Assembly (NCBI GenBank): GCA_016234805.1
Contig: JACRNU010000019.1
Coordinates: 562-64,561, forward strand
DNA from: Elusimicrobiota bacterium
GTDB taxonomy: Bacteria; Elusimicrobiota; Elusimicrobia; UBA1565; UBA9628
Length of the DNA stretch: 64,000 nt
Direction of reading: 5' to 3'
Shown here: positions 39,080 through 48,719 of the stretch, piece by piece
Layout of the letters: every line of letters starts with the position of its first letter
Numbering within the stretch: position 1 is the stretch's first letter
The notes under the pieces: generated by a model
Database searches by the model: none
Told to the model about the DNA's origin: nothing
Seen by the model: the letters and a program-made list of their open reading frames with translations, nothing else
Made by a program: the position numbers and the translations under genes

Positions 39080-39648
39080 TTCCCAACCTCCTGTTCAGGC
39101 TCTCTCTTCGAATCCAGGTCGCCTTCTCCCGTCCCAAGCAGTTTCTTCGCCATGCCGATCCAGGCCCGGACCAAGGCGGCCTCGTCCGGCCTGAGCGCCG
39201 AATCCCAGTGCATGACGCGGTAGTACCAGGGCGGCATGGACCCGTCTTGGACCACCTCATCCAAGGCCTCGAGGTTCTCCCGGAGCGAGCCGTGGCCGCC
39301 GAACGGAAAGCCCGTCCGCATGTCCAGATGTTTCTTGGCGGTGCGCATGTCGTAGAGCATGAGGTGCTTGGCGCCCGGGACGGCGAAATACCACGGCAAA
39401 GGCCTGCCGCTCCCATGGCAGTCGAAGCACTTCTTGAGGAAGATGGGCTTGACCTGGCGCAGATAGGCCGCGTTGATCCGAGCCATGGCCCCTTCGCGGT
39501 CCGCGGCCGGGGAGCCGATCCCCGTCGGCGCGGTCGGAACCGAGACTCCGTCTCCGGGATGTTTCACACCCTTGTGCGCCGCCGCATAAGACGCCAGAAG
39601 GACGGCGCACAACGACAGAAGGGAAGCCAGCCCCGGTCTCTTGGTCAT
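39076..39648 (-). CDS. Exported heme-binding (cytochrome c-type) protein
   Basis: Signal peptide, CFDCH, LPWYFAVP and GSMPPWYYRVMHW. Confidence 0.85.
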   Translation of the reverse strand: MTKRPGLASLLSLCAVLLASYAAAHKGVKHPGDGVSVPTAPTGIGSPAADREGAMARINAAYLRQVKPIFLKKCFDCHGSGRPLPWYFAVPGAKHLMLYDMRTAKKHLDMRTGFPFGGHGSLRENLEALDEVVQDGSMPPWYYRVMHWDSALRPDEAALVRAWIGMAKKLLGTGEGDLDSKREPEQEVGK

Positions 39649-42600
39649 CGTCTCAGCTCCGGGATGGGGAGCTTCGAAACATCCACCGTGCCGTGCTTCA
39701 TCTCGTGATGCCACTTCCACAGGTAGAATACCGGCGGGTACACCAGGAGCTCGAGGAGGAAGCTGCTGAAGAGCCCCCCGATCATGGGAGCCGCGATGCG
39801 CTTCATGAGGTCCGCGCCCGTGCCCAGGGACCACATGATGGGGATAAGGCCCATGAAGGCGCAGGCGACGGTCATCATCTTGGGCCGCACCCTCTTGACC
39901 GCGCCGTGGAGCACCGCCTCCTCGAGGTCCGCCTCCGTGGACATGCGTCCCCGGCGGACCATGTCGTAGTAGGCCATGTCGAGGTAGAGGAGCATGAAGA
40001 CCCCGGTCTCGGCGTCAAGGCCCATCAAGGCGATCATGCCCACCCAGACCGCAATGGAGATGTTGTAATCGAGCCCCCAGAGGAACCAGATCGCTCCGAT
40101 GAGCGAGAACGGCACGGCCAGCATCACGATCCCGGTCTTGGCCCAGGACCCGGTGTTGAGGTGGAGCAGGAAGACGATGATGAAGAGCGTGAGCGGGATG
40201 ACGACCTTGAGCCGCTCCTTGACCCTGGCCATGTTCTCGTATTGGCCGCTCCACGCCAGGGAGTAGCCCGTGGGAAGGCGCAGGGCTTTTGCCGCCTTGT
40301 CCTTGGCCTCCTTGACATACCCTCCGATGTCGCGTCCGGCCACATCCACGTAGACGTAGCCGGCCAGCATGCCGTTCTCATTGCGGATCATGGCGGGCCC
40401 GAGCTTCAAGCCGATGTCGGCCAGCTGGGCCAGGGGGACCTGTGCCCCTCCCATGGTGGGCACGAGCACGCACTTGAGCTTGTCCAGGTCGTCGCGGAAC
40501 TCCCGGCCGTAGCGCACGCTGACCGTATAGCGCTCGCGGCCCTCCACCGTGGTGGTGATCGGCTCGCCTCCGATGGCGGTCATGATCACCATCTGCGCTT
40601 CCTTGATGGTCAAGCCGTAGCGGGCCAGCGCCTCGCGCTTGAGCGTGAAGTCCACGAAGTACCCGCCGGCGGTGCGCTCGGCGTAGACGCTCCGGGTCCC
40701 GGGCACTCCCTTCAGGATGCCTTCCAGGTCCGTGCCGATCCTCTCGATCTCGGCAAGATCCGAGCCGAAGACCTTGATGCCGATGGGGGTACGCACCCCG
40801 GTGCTCAGCATGTCGATGCGGGCCTTGATGGGCATGGTCCAGGCGTTCGTGACCCCGGGGAAGCGCATCTTGGAGTCGATCTCCGCGACCAGCTCCTCCC
40901 AGGTGATGCGGTCGTACCAGATGTGCCGCAGGAGACCTTGCAGGGGTCCCGGCGCCCATGAGGAATACCAACGGGGCTTGCGCCGCCATTCCTCATGGGG
41001 CTTCAAGACCACGGTGGTCTCCATCATGGAGAAGGGTGCCGGGTCCGTGGAGGTCTCAGCCCTGCCTGCCTTGCCGAACACCCGCTCGACCTCGGGGAAG
41101 CTCTTCAGGACGCGGTCCTGGGACTCAAGCAGGCTGCGGGCCTCGGTGACCGAGAGGCCGGGCAGGGTCGTGGGCATGTAGAGGATGGTCCCCTCGTTCA
41201 AGGGCGGCATGAACTCAGAGCCCAGGCGCAGGTAGACCGGGATCGTGGTCAGGACCATCAGTCCTGCCGCGGCAATGACCTTGTAGGGATGCCGCAGGAC
41301 GATCCTGCACACAGGCTCGTAGACCCTGAAGAGCAGGCGGCTAACCGGGTGCCGCTCCTCGGGGTAGTACCTGCCGACCGTGACCTGGTTGTAGACCCAG
41401 GCGAGCCACGCAGGCTTGAAGCTCACGAAATCCATGCGCGAGAAGAGCATGCGCACGGCCGGGTCGAAGGTGATGGCCAGAACCGCGGCGATGGCCATGG
41501 CCAGGTTCTTCGTGTAGGCCAGGGGCTTGAAGAGCCGGCCTTCCTGGTCCACCAAAGTGAAGATGGGCATGAATGCCACCGCGATGACCAGGAGAGAGAA
41601 GAAGACCGCGGGACCCACTTCCTGCAGGGCCTTGAGCCTGATCTCGTGGAAGTCCCCCTTCCTCCCGCCCTCGATCCAGAGCTGGAGCTTCTTATACGCG
41701 TTCTCGACCTCCACGATGGCGCCGTCGACCAAGATGCCGATCGAGATGGCGATGCCCGAGATGGACATGATGTTCGCGGTCAACCCCATGAAGTACATGG
41801 GGATGAATACCAGCACCACGGACACCGGGATGGTGATGATGGGGATGATGGCGGTGGGGATGTGCCAGAGGAACACGAGGATGACGAGGCTCACGATCAC
41901 GAGCATGAGCACCAGCTCTTCCTTGAGCGTGGAGATGGCGCGCTCGATGAGGTCGGACCGGTCGTAGGTCGTCACCACCTCCACTCCCTCGGGCAAGGAG
42001 GGACGGATCTCTTCGAGCTTGGCCTTGACCCTGGCGATGACGTTGAGGGCGTTCTCGCCGAAGCGCATGACCACGATGCCGCCGGCCGTGTCTCCCCCGC
42101 CGTCCAGGTCAGCGACCCCGCGCCGGATCTCGGGGCCGAGCGCGACATGGCCGAGGCTCTTGACGAGGATGGGCGTGCCTCCCATGCTCCGCCCGACCAC
42201 GATGTCCTCGATGTCCTGGATGGACTTGGCATAGCCGCGGCCCCGGACCATGTACTCCGTGCCCGCGAATTCGACGAGCCTGCCGCCCACGTCGTTGTTG
42301 CCGTCCCGGATGGCTTCAACGACCTTCATCAGCGGGATGTTGTAGGCCACCAGCGCGTTGGGGTCAAGGCTGACCTGGTACTGCTTCTGGAACCCGCCGA
42401 TGGAGGCGACCTCGGCCACTCCCGGGACGGACTGCAGGTAATAGCGCAGATACCAGTCCTGATAGCTCCGAAGGTCAGCGAGACTGTGGCTGCCGCTCTT
42501 GTCCACCAGGGCGTACTGGAAGACCCAGCCCACGCCCGTGGCGTCAGGACCAAGCTCGGTGCGCACCCCGTCCGGCAGTTGGGGCAGGATCTTGCTCAGG

Positions 42601-42935
42601 TACTCCAGGGTCCGGCTGCGCGCCCAATAGACGTCCGTGCCGTCCTGGAAGATGACATAGACGTAGGAGTACCCGAAGTCCGAGAAGCCCCGGATGGCCT
42701 TGACCTTGGGAGCCCCCAAAAGGGCCGTCACGATGGGATAGGTGACCTGGTCCTCGATCACGTCCGGCGACCGGTCCCACCGCGAATAGATGATGACCTG
42801 GGTGTCCGAAAGGTCCGGGATGGCGTCCAACCGGGAGTTGCGGATGCAGTAGTAAGACGCGGCCAGCGCGCCCGCGGTGAGCACCAGGACGATGAACTTG
42901 TTCCTTGCGGACCACGCGATCAGTTTTTCGATCAT
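39645..42935 (-). CDS. cusA: CusA/SilA heavy-metal efflux RND permease
   Basis: DAIPDLSDTQVII, GPDATGVGWV, GSEFMPPLNEG, DPAPFSMMET and RVRPKMMT. Confidence 0.95.
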   Translation of the reverse strand: MIEKLIAWSARNKFIVLVLTAGALAASYYCIRNSRLDAIPDLSDTQVIIYSRWDRSPDVIEDQVTYPIVTALLGAPKVKAIRGFSDFGYSYVYVIFQDGTDVYWARSRTLEYLSKILPQLPDGVRTELGPDATGVGWVFQYALVDKSGSHSLADLRSYQDWYLRYYLQSVPGVAEVASIGGFQKQYQVSLDPNALVAYNIPLMKVVEAIRDGNNDVGGRLVEFAGTEYMVRGRGYAKSIQDIEDIVVGRSMGGTPILVKSLGHVALGPEIRRGVADLDGGGDTAGGIVVMRFGENALNVIARVKAKLEEIRPSLPEGVEVVTTYDRSDLIERAISTLKEELVLMLVIVSLVILVFLWHIPTAIIPIITIPVSVVLVFIPMYFMGLTANIMSISGIAISIGILVDGAIVEVENAYKKLQLWIEGGRKGDFHEIRLKALQEVGPAVFFSLLVIAVAFMPIFTLVDQEGRLFKPLAYTKNLAMAIAAVLAITFDPAVRMLFSRMDFVSFKPAWLAWVYNQVTVGRYYPEERHPVSRLLFRVYEPVCRIVLRHPYKVIAAAGLMVLTTIPVYLRLGSEFMPPLNEGTILYMPTTLPGLSVTEARSLLESQDRVLKSFPEVERVFGKAGRAETSTDPAPFSMMETTVVLKPHEEWRRKPRWYSSWAPGPLQGLLRHIWYDRITWEELVAEIDSKMRFPGVTNAWTMPIKARIDMLSTGVRTPIGIKVFGSDLAEIERIGTDLEGILKGVPGTRSVYAERTAGGYFVDFTLKREALARYGLTIKEAQMVIMTAIGGEPITTTVEGRERYTVSVRYGREFRDDLDKLKCVLVPTMGGAQVPLAQLADIGLKLGPAMIRNENGMLAGYVYVDVAGRDIGGYVKEAKDKAAKALRLPTGYSLAWSGQYENMARVKERLKVVIPLTLFIIVFLLHLNTGSWAKTGIVMLAVPFSLIGAIWFLWGLDYNISIAVWVGMIALMGLDAETGVFMLLYLDMAYYDMVRRGRMSTEADLEEAVLHGAVKRVRPKMMTVACAFMGLIPIMWSLGTGADLMKRIAAPMIGGLFSSFLLELLVYPPVFYLWKWHHEMKHGTVDVSKLPIPELRR

Positions 42936-44260
42936 TTCGAGATTGCTGCTTTGAGCTTGGACTCGGAGTCGATGAGGAAATTCGCGCTCGTGACCACCTT
43001 CTCGCCTTCTTTCGCTCCAGAGAGAAGCTCGTAAAAGCCTTCGGCCTTCCGGCCCACGCGCAGGACCCGGGGCTCGATGCGGCCCTCCCCGAGGTCCACG
43101 AAAGCCAGCTTCCTCTCCCCGGTGTCGAGAAGCGCCCCCTCGGGGAGCGCGAGCACCCGGCCCAGTCCCGCCTTGATTTCGGCGTTGATGAACATCTCGG
43201 GCTTGAGCATGCCCTCGGGGTCCGGGACCTCGATGCGGGCCCTCAGAGTCCTCGTTTCCGCGGACACGATGGGGTCGAGACTGCGCACCGTGCCGCGGAA
43301 CGAGCGGCCCGGGTAGGCCGCGGCCGTGACTTCCACGGCCTGTCCGGGCTTGACCAAGCCTATCTCGTACTCGTAGACCTGCGCGTAGACCCAGACCGAG
43401 CCCCCGCCGATGAGGAGGCTCGTGGGCGCGGCCGTCCTGGCGCTCTCCGCGATCTGCGCCGGCGTCAGCCCCATCTGGCGCAGCCGCAGGGTCCCGGCGG
43501 CGACGAGGGCGTCCGCGCGCTCCACCGCGTCGGGATAGGGGCTGTCCTTGACCCCGTCCCGGGCACGGACCGCCTCCCGGTACTCGGAAAGGGCGTTGTA
43601 GAGGTCCGGGTCGTAGGCCACCTTGCCCGTGGCCCGGACCGTGGAGGCCAGGTCCCTGCGCTTGATGGGCTCGGACTTCAGTCCGATCATCTGGCGACGC
43701 TCATCCGAAAGGAGGATGCTGGCCTGACCCGCGACCTGCACATCGGACCGCTCCTCGGCGAAGACCGGGATGTAGTCCATGCCCATCTCGTCCTTCATGG
43801 GCACGGGAGAGGAGACCTGGGGCTGCATGGGGTGACGGTAGTAGAGAGGCTTGGCTCCAGGCTGAACGTTGAAGACGATGGTGCCGCAAACCGGACAAGT
43901 CACCTTCTCTCCGACCTGGTGGGGCAGTTCCATCACGCAGTCGGGCATCTTGCACTTGTGCAGGATGCACATCTTCCGGCCGGAAGCAACCGTCCTCGAA
44001 GCCCCGGAAGCGTCCCCTGTGGGCGCGGCAGCGGGCACGGCGGCCGATCCGGTCTCCTCCATGGGGATGAGCTTCATGTTGCAGATAGGGCAATCCCCGG
44101 GCTTGTCCGAGGTGTAGGTCGGATGCATGGGGCAGTAGAAGCGGGCCGAGTGCGCCTCGTGGCCGGACTCGGCCTTGTGCCGAGCCCGATACGCCGCCAC
44201 CCCCGCCCCTGCCGCGACGAGCATCACGCACGCCACGATGAGAAACCCGTTCCTCGTCAT
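42932..44260 (-). CDS. cusB: CusB-type RND periplasmic adaptor with N-terminal metal-binding domains
   Basis: FYCPMHP...CPICNMKL, YYRHPM...KDEMGMDYIP, LKPEMF and ANFLIDSESKL. Confidence 0.9.
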   Translation of the reverse strand: MTRNGFLIVACVMLVAAGAGVAAYRARHKAESGHEAHSARFYCPMHPTYTSDKPGDCPICNMKLIPMEETGSAAVPAAAPTGDASGASRTVASGRKMCILHKCKMPDCVMELPHQVGEKVTCPVCGTIVFNVQPGAKPLYYRHPMQPQVSSPVPMKDEMGMDYIPVFAEERSDVQVAGQASILLSDERRQMIGLKSEPIKRRDLASTVRATGKVAYDPDLYNALSEYREAVRARDGVKDSPYPDAVERADALVAAGTLRLRQMGLTPAQIAESARTAAPTSLLIGGGSVWVYAQVYEYEIGLVKPGQAVEVTAAAYPGRSFRGTVRSLDPIVSAETRTLRARIEVPDPEGMLKPEMFINAEIKAGLGRVLALPEGALLDTGERKLAFVDLGEGRIEPRVLRVGRKAEGFYELLSGAKEGEKVVTSANFLIDSESKLKAAISK

Positions 44261-45549
44261 CTGAGAACCTCCTGCCGTCCGACCACGCGTACGAGTTCCG
44301 CCACGCGGGACTCGTATTCCGCGGCGTACTGATAGTACTCCAGCTTGAAATTCAACAGAGACCTCTGGCTGTCCAAAAGATCGAGGAAGCCGGTCTTATC
44401 AGCCTGATAGCCGGCCTCGGCAACCCTGAGCGATGATTCGGCCTGAGGAAGAAGGGTCGTCCGGTAAGCTTCGAGGAGCCGCTTTGAAGCCTGCGCCTTG
44501 CTCCAGGCAGACTGGACGTCCGCCCGGGTCGCGACCCGGGCCGCCTGAAGCTCGGCCTGGGCCATCTCGCGTTCGCTCCTGGCCTCGCGGACCATGGCCG
44601 CCGGCTTCCAGAACCAAAGGGGCAAGGACAGGCCCAGGACCGCGTCATGTGTGCGTCCCCGCATGGGATCGCTGCGGCGGCGATACTGAAGCATGAAGTC
44701 CGGCAGGAACTCGGAACGCGCCAGGGAAAGGGAGTCTCCCGCGCGGTCGTAGGCGAGCGAAGCCTCTCTCACTTCGGGCCGGCCGGAGAGCGCCGCGGAT
44801 TCCAGATCCTGGGCGGACTCGGGCGGCAGCACGGACGAGGGCTCTTCGGGCTCTCCCAAGGGAGCCCTAGCATCGCGGCCCATCAAAGCGTTAAGGCCGG
44901 CTTTGGACGACTCGAGATCAGCCTCCAGCGCCACTCGCATATTGAGCATCCGGGTCAGTTCGACCTGGGCCTTGAGCGCGTCGGCCTGGCTCCCCTTGCC
45001 GGCGGCCACCTTGGACTCAGCCACCCGGGCGAAACGCCTCATGATGCCGATGTTCTCCTCGAAGACGGCCAAGCCCCTTCCGGCCAAAAAGAGCCCGGCG
45101 TAGGCCGTCTTGGCCCTGGCGGCCGCGTCGAGGAGCTTGGCCTTGTAGGACTGCTCCTTCATGCCCGCGTCCTTGACGGCCGCGCCGTGCCTGAGATAGA
45201 GCGTGGTCGGAAAGGGCACCTCCTGAGTCACTGTGACGGCCTGCTCATCAGCCTCGCTGACCGCGTTCTTGCCGGAAGGCGCGTACATGCGCTCCAGATC
45301 CAGGCGCGGTTTGTCCGGAGTCGCTGCCTGGACCGCGCGCTGGCGGGAGGCCTCCCACCGCTTGCGGGCCGCGAGGATCTCGGGGTTTTCCCGCCGGACA
45401 GCCTCCAAGACCGCTTGGAGGGTGATCGTGCCTGAAGAAACGACCCGCGCCTCCCAAGACGCCGCCTCCTTGCCGTCAGCCCCCTGACCTCGCGCTGAAG
45501 CGCAGAGGAACACCATGCCCAGCACGAGAACTGAAAATCTCATCGCCAT
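44257..45549 (-). CDS. TolC/CusC-type outer membrane efflux protein
   Basis: Signal peptide, QEVPFP and YQADKTGFLDLLDSQR; directly upstream of cusBA. Confidence 0.88.
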   Translation of the reverse strand: MAMRFSVLVLGMVFLCASARGQGADGKEAASWEARVVSSGTITLQAVLEAVRRENPEILAARKRWEASRQRAVQAATPDKPRLDLERMYAPSGKNAVSEADEQAVTVTQEVPFPTTLYLRHGAAVKDAGMKEQSYKAKLLDAAARAKTAYAGLFLAGRGLAVFEENIGIMRRFARVAESKVAAGKGSQADALKAQVELTRMLNMRVALEADLESSKAGLNALMGRDARAPLGEPEEPSSVLPPESAQDLESAALSGRPEVREASLAYDRAGDSLSLARSEFLPDFMLQYRRRSDPMRGRTHDAVLGLSLPLWFWKPAAMVREARSEREMAQAELQAARVATRADVQSAWSKAQASKRLLEAYRTTLLPQAESSLRVAEAGYQADKTGFLDLLDSQRSLLNFKLEYYQYAAEYESRVAELVRVVGRQEVLR

Positions 45550-45614
45550 TCCCTCTTTTACCAAATTGTGCAATGCCGCAGGTGCTTTCCGCGCAAAGAG
45601 CTTGGATCCATTCC

Positions 45615-47318
45615 TCATCTCCGGCCGCCTTTACGCCGGGATGAGCCGGCGAATCCCACCGCGATCAAAGACAAGCCTCCCAAAATCGCAAGGATGAGGA
45701 ACCTTGAAGTCGCGCTCGAACCATTCTCCAAGCTCGGCATGGCAGAGGCAGACTCCACTCTCTTCTTCACGCCGGCTGGTTCGGCCGTAGGCATCGACGC
45801 CGACATGGCTGCTGCGGATGGAGAGCCCAATCGGCCCGCATCGGGGTTCGCGGGGAGTGTCGCGGCCGAGGAAAATCGAGCTCCGGCCGCGGAAAGATCC
45901 GCGGATGCCGGGGTCGGGTCGAGGCCTTCATGCCGAGCATGTCCGGCGTGCGGGTCCTCCCCCGAAGGGCCATCCGCAGGCAAGCCCGTTCCATGGCCCG
46001 CGTGGCCCGCCGAGGCGGAGTAGCCGGCTTCGTGCCCAAGATGGCCTGTCGGCGTCCCTGGATGTCCGTCGTGTCCTCCCTCTTCCATGCCGCTTCCGTA
46101 GGCCCCCTCATGACCGGCATGCGGCCCGGCTCCGCGACCGCTTGCCCCGGCTGCGGCCGCGAGCAAGCCGTGTCCGCCCGGACCGTGCGCTGAGGCTCCG
46201 GCCTTGCTCCTCGGCTGCGAGCCATGACCACCTTCGTGCCCATCCGTCGGTCCCCCTCCGCTGCCCTCATGACCATGGATCGCTCCCGAGCCATCATCGC
46301 CGCCTCCGCCCCTATCATGCGCATGACTTGCCCCATGGCCGCCCCCGTCACCCGGCGCATGCTCGTCCCCGCCGGAGCCGTGTCCCCCGCTGCCGTCGGA
46401 ACCATGACCTCCGCCGCCGCCCGAACCGTGGCCTCCGCCGCCGCCCGAACCATGGCCTCCGCCGCCGCCCGAACCATGGCCTCCGCCGCCTGAACCGTGG
46501 CCTCCCCCACCGCTCGGGCCGCGGTCGTTGTGGCCGGACCCGTGCGCCCCAGCTGCAAGGCCGTTCGCAGCGTCGCCTCCGTGCCCCCCATGCCCGCCGG
46601 AAGCTCCGTGGGCCCCGTGGTCTCCGACAGGGACCGGCGCATTCCCAGGATCCAGATGCCACTCCATGCGGCAATTCTCGATGCTCTCCCGAAGCCTGCT
46701 GACCCTCTCGCCCGCAGGCAGACCCGCTGGCGGCGGACCGGGAGGAGCGTGTTGGTGCGCGAGATGCTCCTGTGATTTCTCGTGCTTCTCCAGCAGGGGC
46801 CGCAGCTTCTCGTCGCCAAGGTACTTCCTCAGGAAGCCGATCTCATCGCAATGCGCGTCGGAACCCTTCTCCTCGATCTCCCGAGCCTCCCGCAAAGCCC
46901 GCTCCCGCATGGCGTTGAAATCGCGCACCTGCCGTTCCTTGTCCTGCGCCGACAGCTGTACCCACTTATCGGGAGTCTGACCGAGCCGCATGAGACCCTT
47001 CCAAACCTCAGTCTCGAGCCCCAATCTTGCGGCAGTGGCATCGTCATATCCCTCTCCTGATGGGCCTTCGACGGAATCATGGCCTCCGCCAGGCAGGGGT
47101 TGGGCAGGCTCCACCTGGGGCGGAGACTCCCCTCCGGGAGCGTTCCCGTCGTGACCGTCATGGGAAGGAGGCTTGGTCGGCTCATCGGCTGGGGGCTTGG
47201 CCGGTTCCTCATGGGACGGGGGCTTGGGGCCTGGGTTGTGTCCGCCGTGACCCTGCCCCAGGCTCGCAGACGCTCGAACGAAGACCAGCACCCCTGCCAA
47301 GAGCAAAGGCCAGGTCAT
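45615..47318 (-). CDS. His/Gly-rich exported protein with a C-terminal membrane anchor
   Basis: Signal peptide, many GH/HG motifs, GHGSGGGG repeats, C-terminal TM helix and RRKGGRR tail. Confidence 0.7.
   Translation of the reverse strand: MTWPLLLAGVLVFVRASASLGQGHGGHNPGPKPPSHEEPAKPPADEPTKPPSHDGHDGNAPGGESPPQVEPAQPLPGGGHDSVEGPSGEGYDDATAARLGLETEVWKGLMRLGQTPDKWVQLSAQDKERQVRDFNAMRERALREAREIEEKGSDAHCDEIGFLRKYLGDEKLRPLLEKHEKSQEHLAHQHAPPGPPPAGLPAGERVSRLRESIENCRMEWHLDPGNAPVPVGDHGAHGASGGHGGHGGDAANGLAAGAHGSGHNDRGPSGGGGHGSGGGGHGSGGGGGHGSGGGGGHGSGGGGGHGSDGSGGHGSGGDEHAPGDGGGHGASHAHDRGGGGDDGSGAIHGHEGSGGGPTDGHEGGHGSQPRSKAGASAHGPGGHGLLAAAAGASGRGAGPHAGHEGAYGSGMEEGGHDGHPGTPTGHLGHEAGYSASAGHAGHGTGLPADGPSGEDPHAGHARHEGLDPTPASADLSAAGARFSSAATLPANPDAGRLGSPSAAAMSASMPTAEPAGVKKRVESASAMPSLENGSSATSRFLILAILGGLSLIAVGFAGSSRRKGGRR
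46399..46511. repeat. 24-bp coding tandem repeat (~5 units, GHGSGGGG)
   Basis: GAACCRTGRCCTCCGCCGCCGCCC units, one shortened to 21 bp. Confidence 0.9.
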
Positions 47319-47349
47319 CCAGATCTCTCCCCTTTCTGGGGCTTGGATT

Positions 47350-47547
47350 TCATCTCGTCCCATGATCTTCGTGGCCCTCATGCGTCTCAACCGGGAGGCC
47401 TGCCGCAGTGCCCGTGGATTTCGGGACCGCGGCCTCCTGGCTGACGGCCTTCGCGCGCTCCTTGTGCCCCTTATGGGCTTTGTGTCCGAAGAGCAGCATC
47501 CCCCCGCACATAGCGACCATCATGACTGCCATTGCTGCAATCACCAT
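47350..47547 (-). CDS. Small Met/His-rich membrane protein
   Basis: GGAGG RBS; MVIAAMAVMMVAMCGGMLLFGHKAHKGH...HEGHEDH. Confidence 0.65.
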   Translation of the reverse strand: MVIAAMAVMMVAMCGGMLLFGHKAHKGHKERAKAVSQEAAVPKSTGTAAGLPVETHEGHEDHGTR

Positions 47548-47557
47548 AGCGCCTCCA

Positions 47558-48103
47558 TCACGGCGTCCGACAGGCATCGGCCCCGGCGCCGGCCGCGCTC
47601 CCGCAGGCAGGCCTGCTAGACGGCGCGACCTCGAACCGCGCTTCCGTCTTCCGCGAGCCCTTCGCCTCCAGAGCCATGCCGCATTCCGGACAGCGGCCGT
47701 CCTTGGTCCTGGCCCCGGAGTAATGCCCCATGGGGCAAGAGTAAGCCGCCTCGGCCGTGGACAGCCCGCTCCGCGGAGGCGCGATCACAGGGCCCCCGGC
47801 GCCGGGCAGGAGCTTGTCTCTTTGGGCGAGGAGCTTCTTCAGCTTCTTCTCGAGCTTCTCGCGCTTCTTGGCCGCGATGTCCGGTTTGGCCAATTCCTCG
47901 TCGATCTTCTCGACCTTCTCGCCCAGCCGCTCGAGTTTCTCCAGCCGGGACTTGCGCTCCTCCCTGTCTTCATCCTCCCGGGAGCCGGACATGGGCTCGT
48001 ATCCTCCGTGTCCGCCGTGCCCCCCATGCTGGGCCCAGCACACCCCGGCCGGAACCGCCAGCAACGCCGCCAGCCATAAAAGTCTCATATAAAGGATGCT
48101 CAC
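47558..48103 (-). CDS. Exported protein with a variant heavy-metal-binding domain
   Basis: Signal peptide, HGGHGGH, coiled coil, YSCPMGHYSGARTKDGRCPECGMAL. Confidence 0.72.
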   Translation of the reverse strand: MSILYMRLLWLAALLAVPAGVCWAQHGGHGGHGGYEPMSGSREDEDREERKSRLEKLERLGEKVEKIDEELAKPDIAAKKREKLEKKLKKLLAQRDKLLPGAGGPVIAPPRSGLSTAEAAYSCPMGHYSGARTKDGRCPECGMALEAKGSRKTEARFEVAPSSRPACGSAAGAGADACRTP

Positions 48104-48115
48104 ATCGCCCCCTTT

Positions 48116-48619
48116 CTACTGCGCCTTTTGGAGAGCCATGCCGCACTTCGGACAGCGGCCGTCCGCGGTCTTGGGGCCGCGGTAATCCCCCATCGTGCAA
48201 TAATACTCCTCTTCCGCCGCAGCGGCCGGCTTCTTGACACCGGCTTTCTTGACGGCTGTCCCGGCCGTTTCCTGCCCAGTTTGCTCGTTGTCAGCTGCCT
48301 TCGTTCCAGCGGATCCCTCCTCGGAAGACTCAGATTTCTCTTTCTTCCTCGTGGACTTCCCCTTCGAGGCGGATGCGGCTGGTTCTTCGTTCTTGTTGAA
48401 CTTGAAAGTTCCCAACTCAGACCCCGCGAATTCGTTGGACTTGTACTTCGATTTCTTGTAGTCGTAGCCTTTCTTCTTGCCTTTGGCCGGCTTCTTGGGC
48501 TTGGGCGCAGGATCCTCAGTCGAGACCTTTTCCTCAGCCCCCCCGGTCACGGCCGCGGAAGCGGCGCCGGCGAACAAGACGAATGATACTGCCAACATCG
48601 CCATGGTTTTGAGCTTCAT
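48116..48619 (-). CDS. Exported Lys-rich protein with a variant heavy-metal-binding domain
   Basis: Signal peptide; C-terminal YYCTMGDYRGPKTADGRCPKCGMALQK. Confidence 0.72.
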   Translation of the reverse strand: MKLKTMAMLAVSFVLFAGAASAAVTGGAEEKVSTEDPAPKPKKPAKGKKKGYDYKKSKYKSNEFAGSELGTFKFNKNEEPAASASKGKSTRKKEKSESSEEGSAGTKAADNEQTGQETAGTAVKKAGVKKPAAAAEEEYYCTMGDYRGPKTADGRCPKCGMALQKAQ

Positions 48620-48719
48620 GACCCGATCCCTCCCTGCTAGGTTCGATCCTGCTGCTTGGAAATGGCGGACTCCGACGACCATTCCCAAGGATTACGAATG
48701 GAGGACTGACGCGGACGCG

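Noticed and set aside
40995..43034. Long antisense ORFs (also 1290..2900, 6685..8013, 33071..34297 and others)
   Set aside because: Expected shadow ORFs in high-GC DNA opposite well-supported genes; no motifs
46399..46511. Short repeat array as a possible CRISPR
   Set aside because: Contiguous in-frame coding repeats with no spacers and no cas genes
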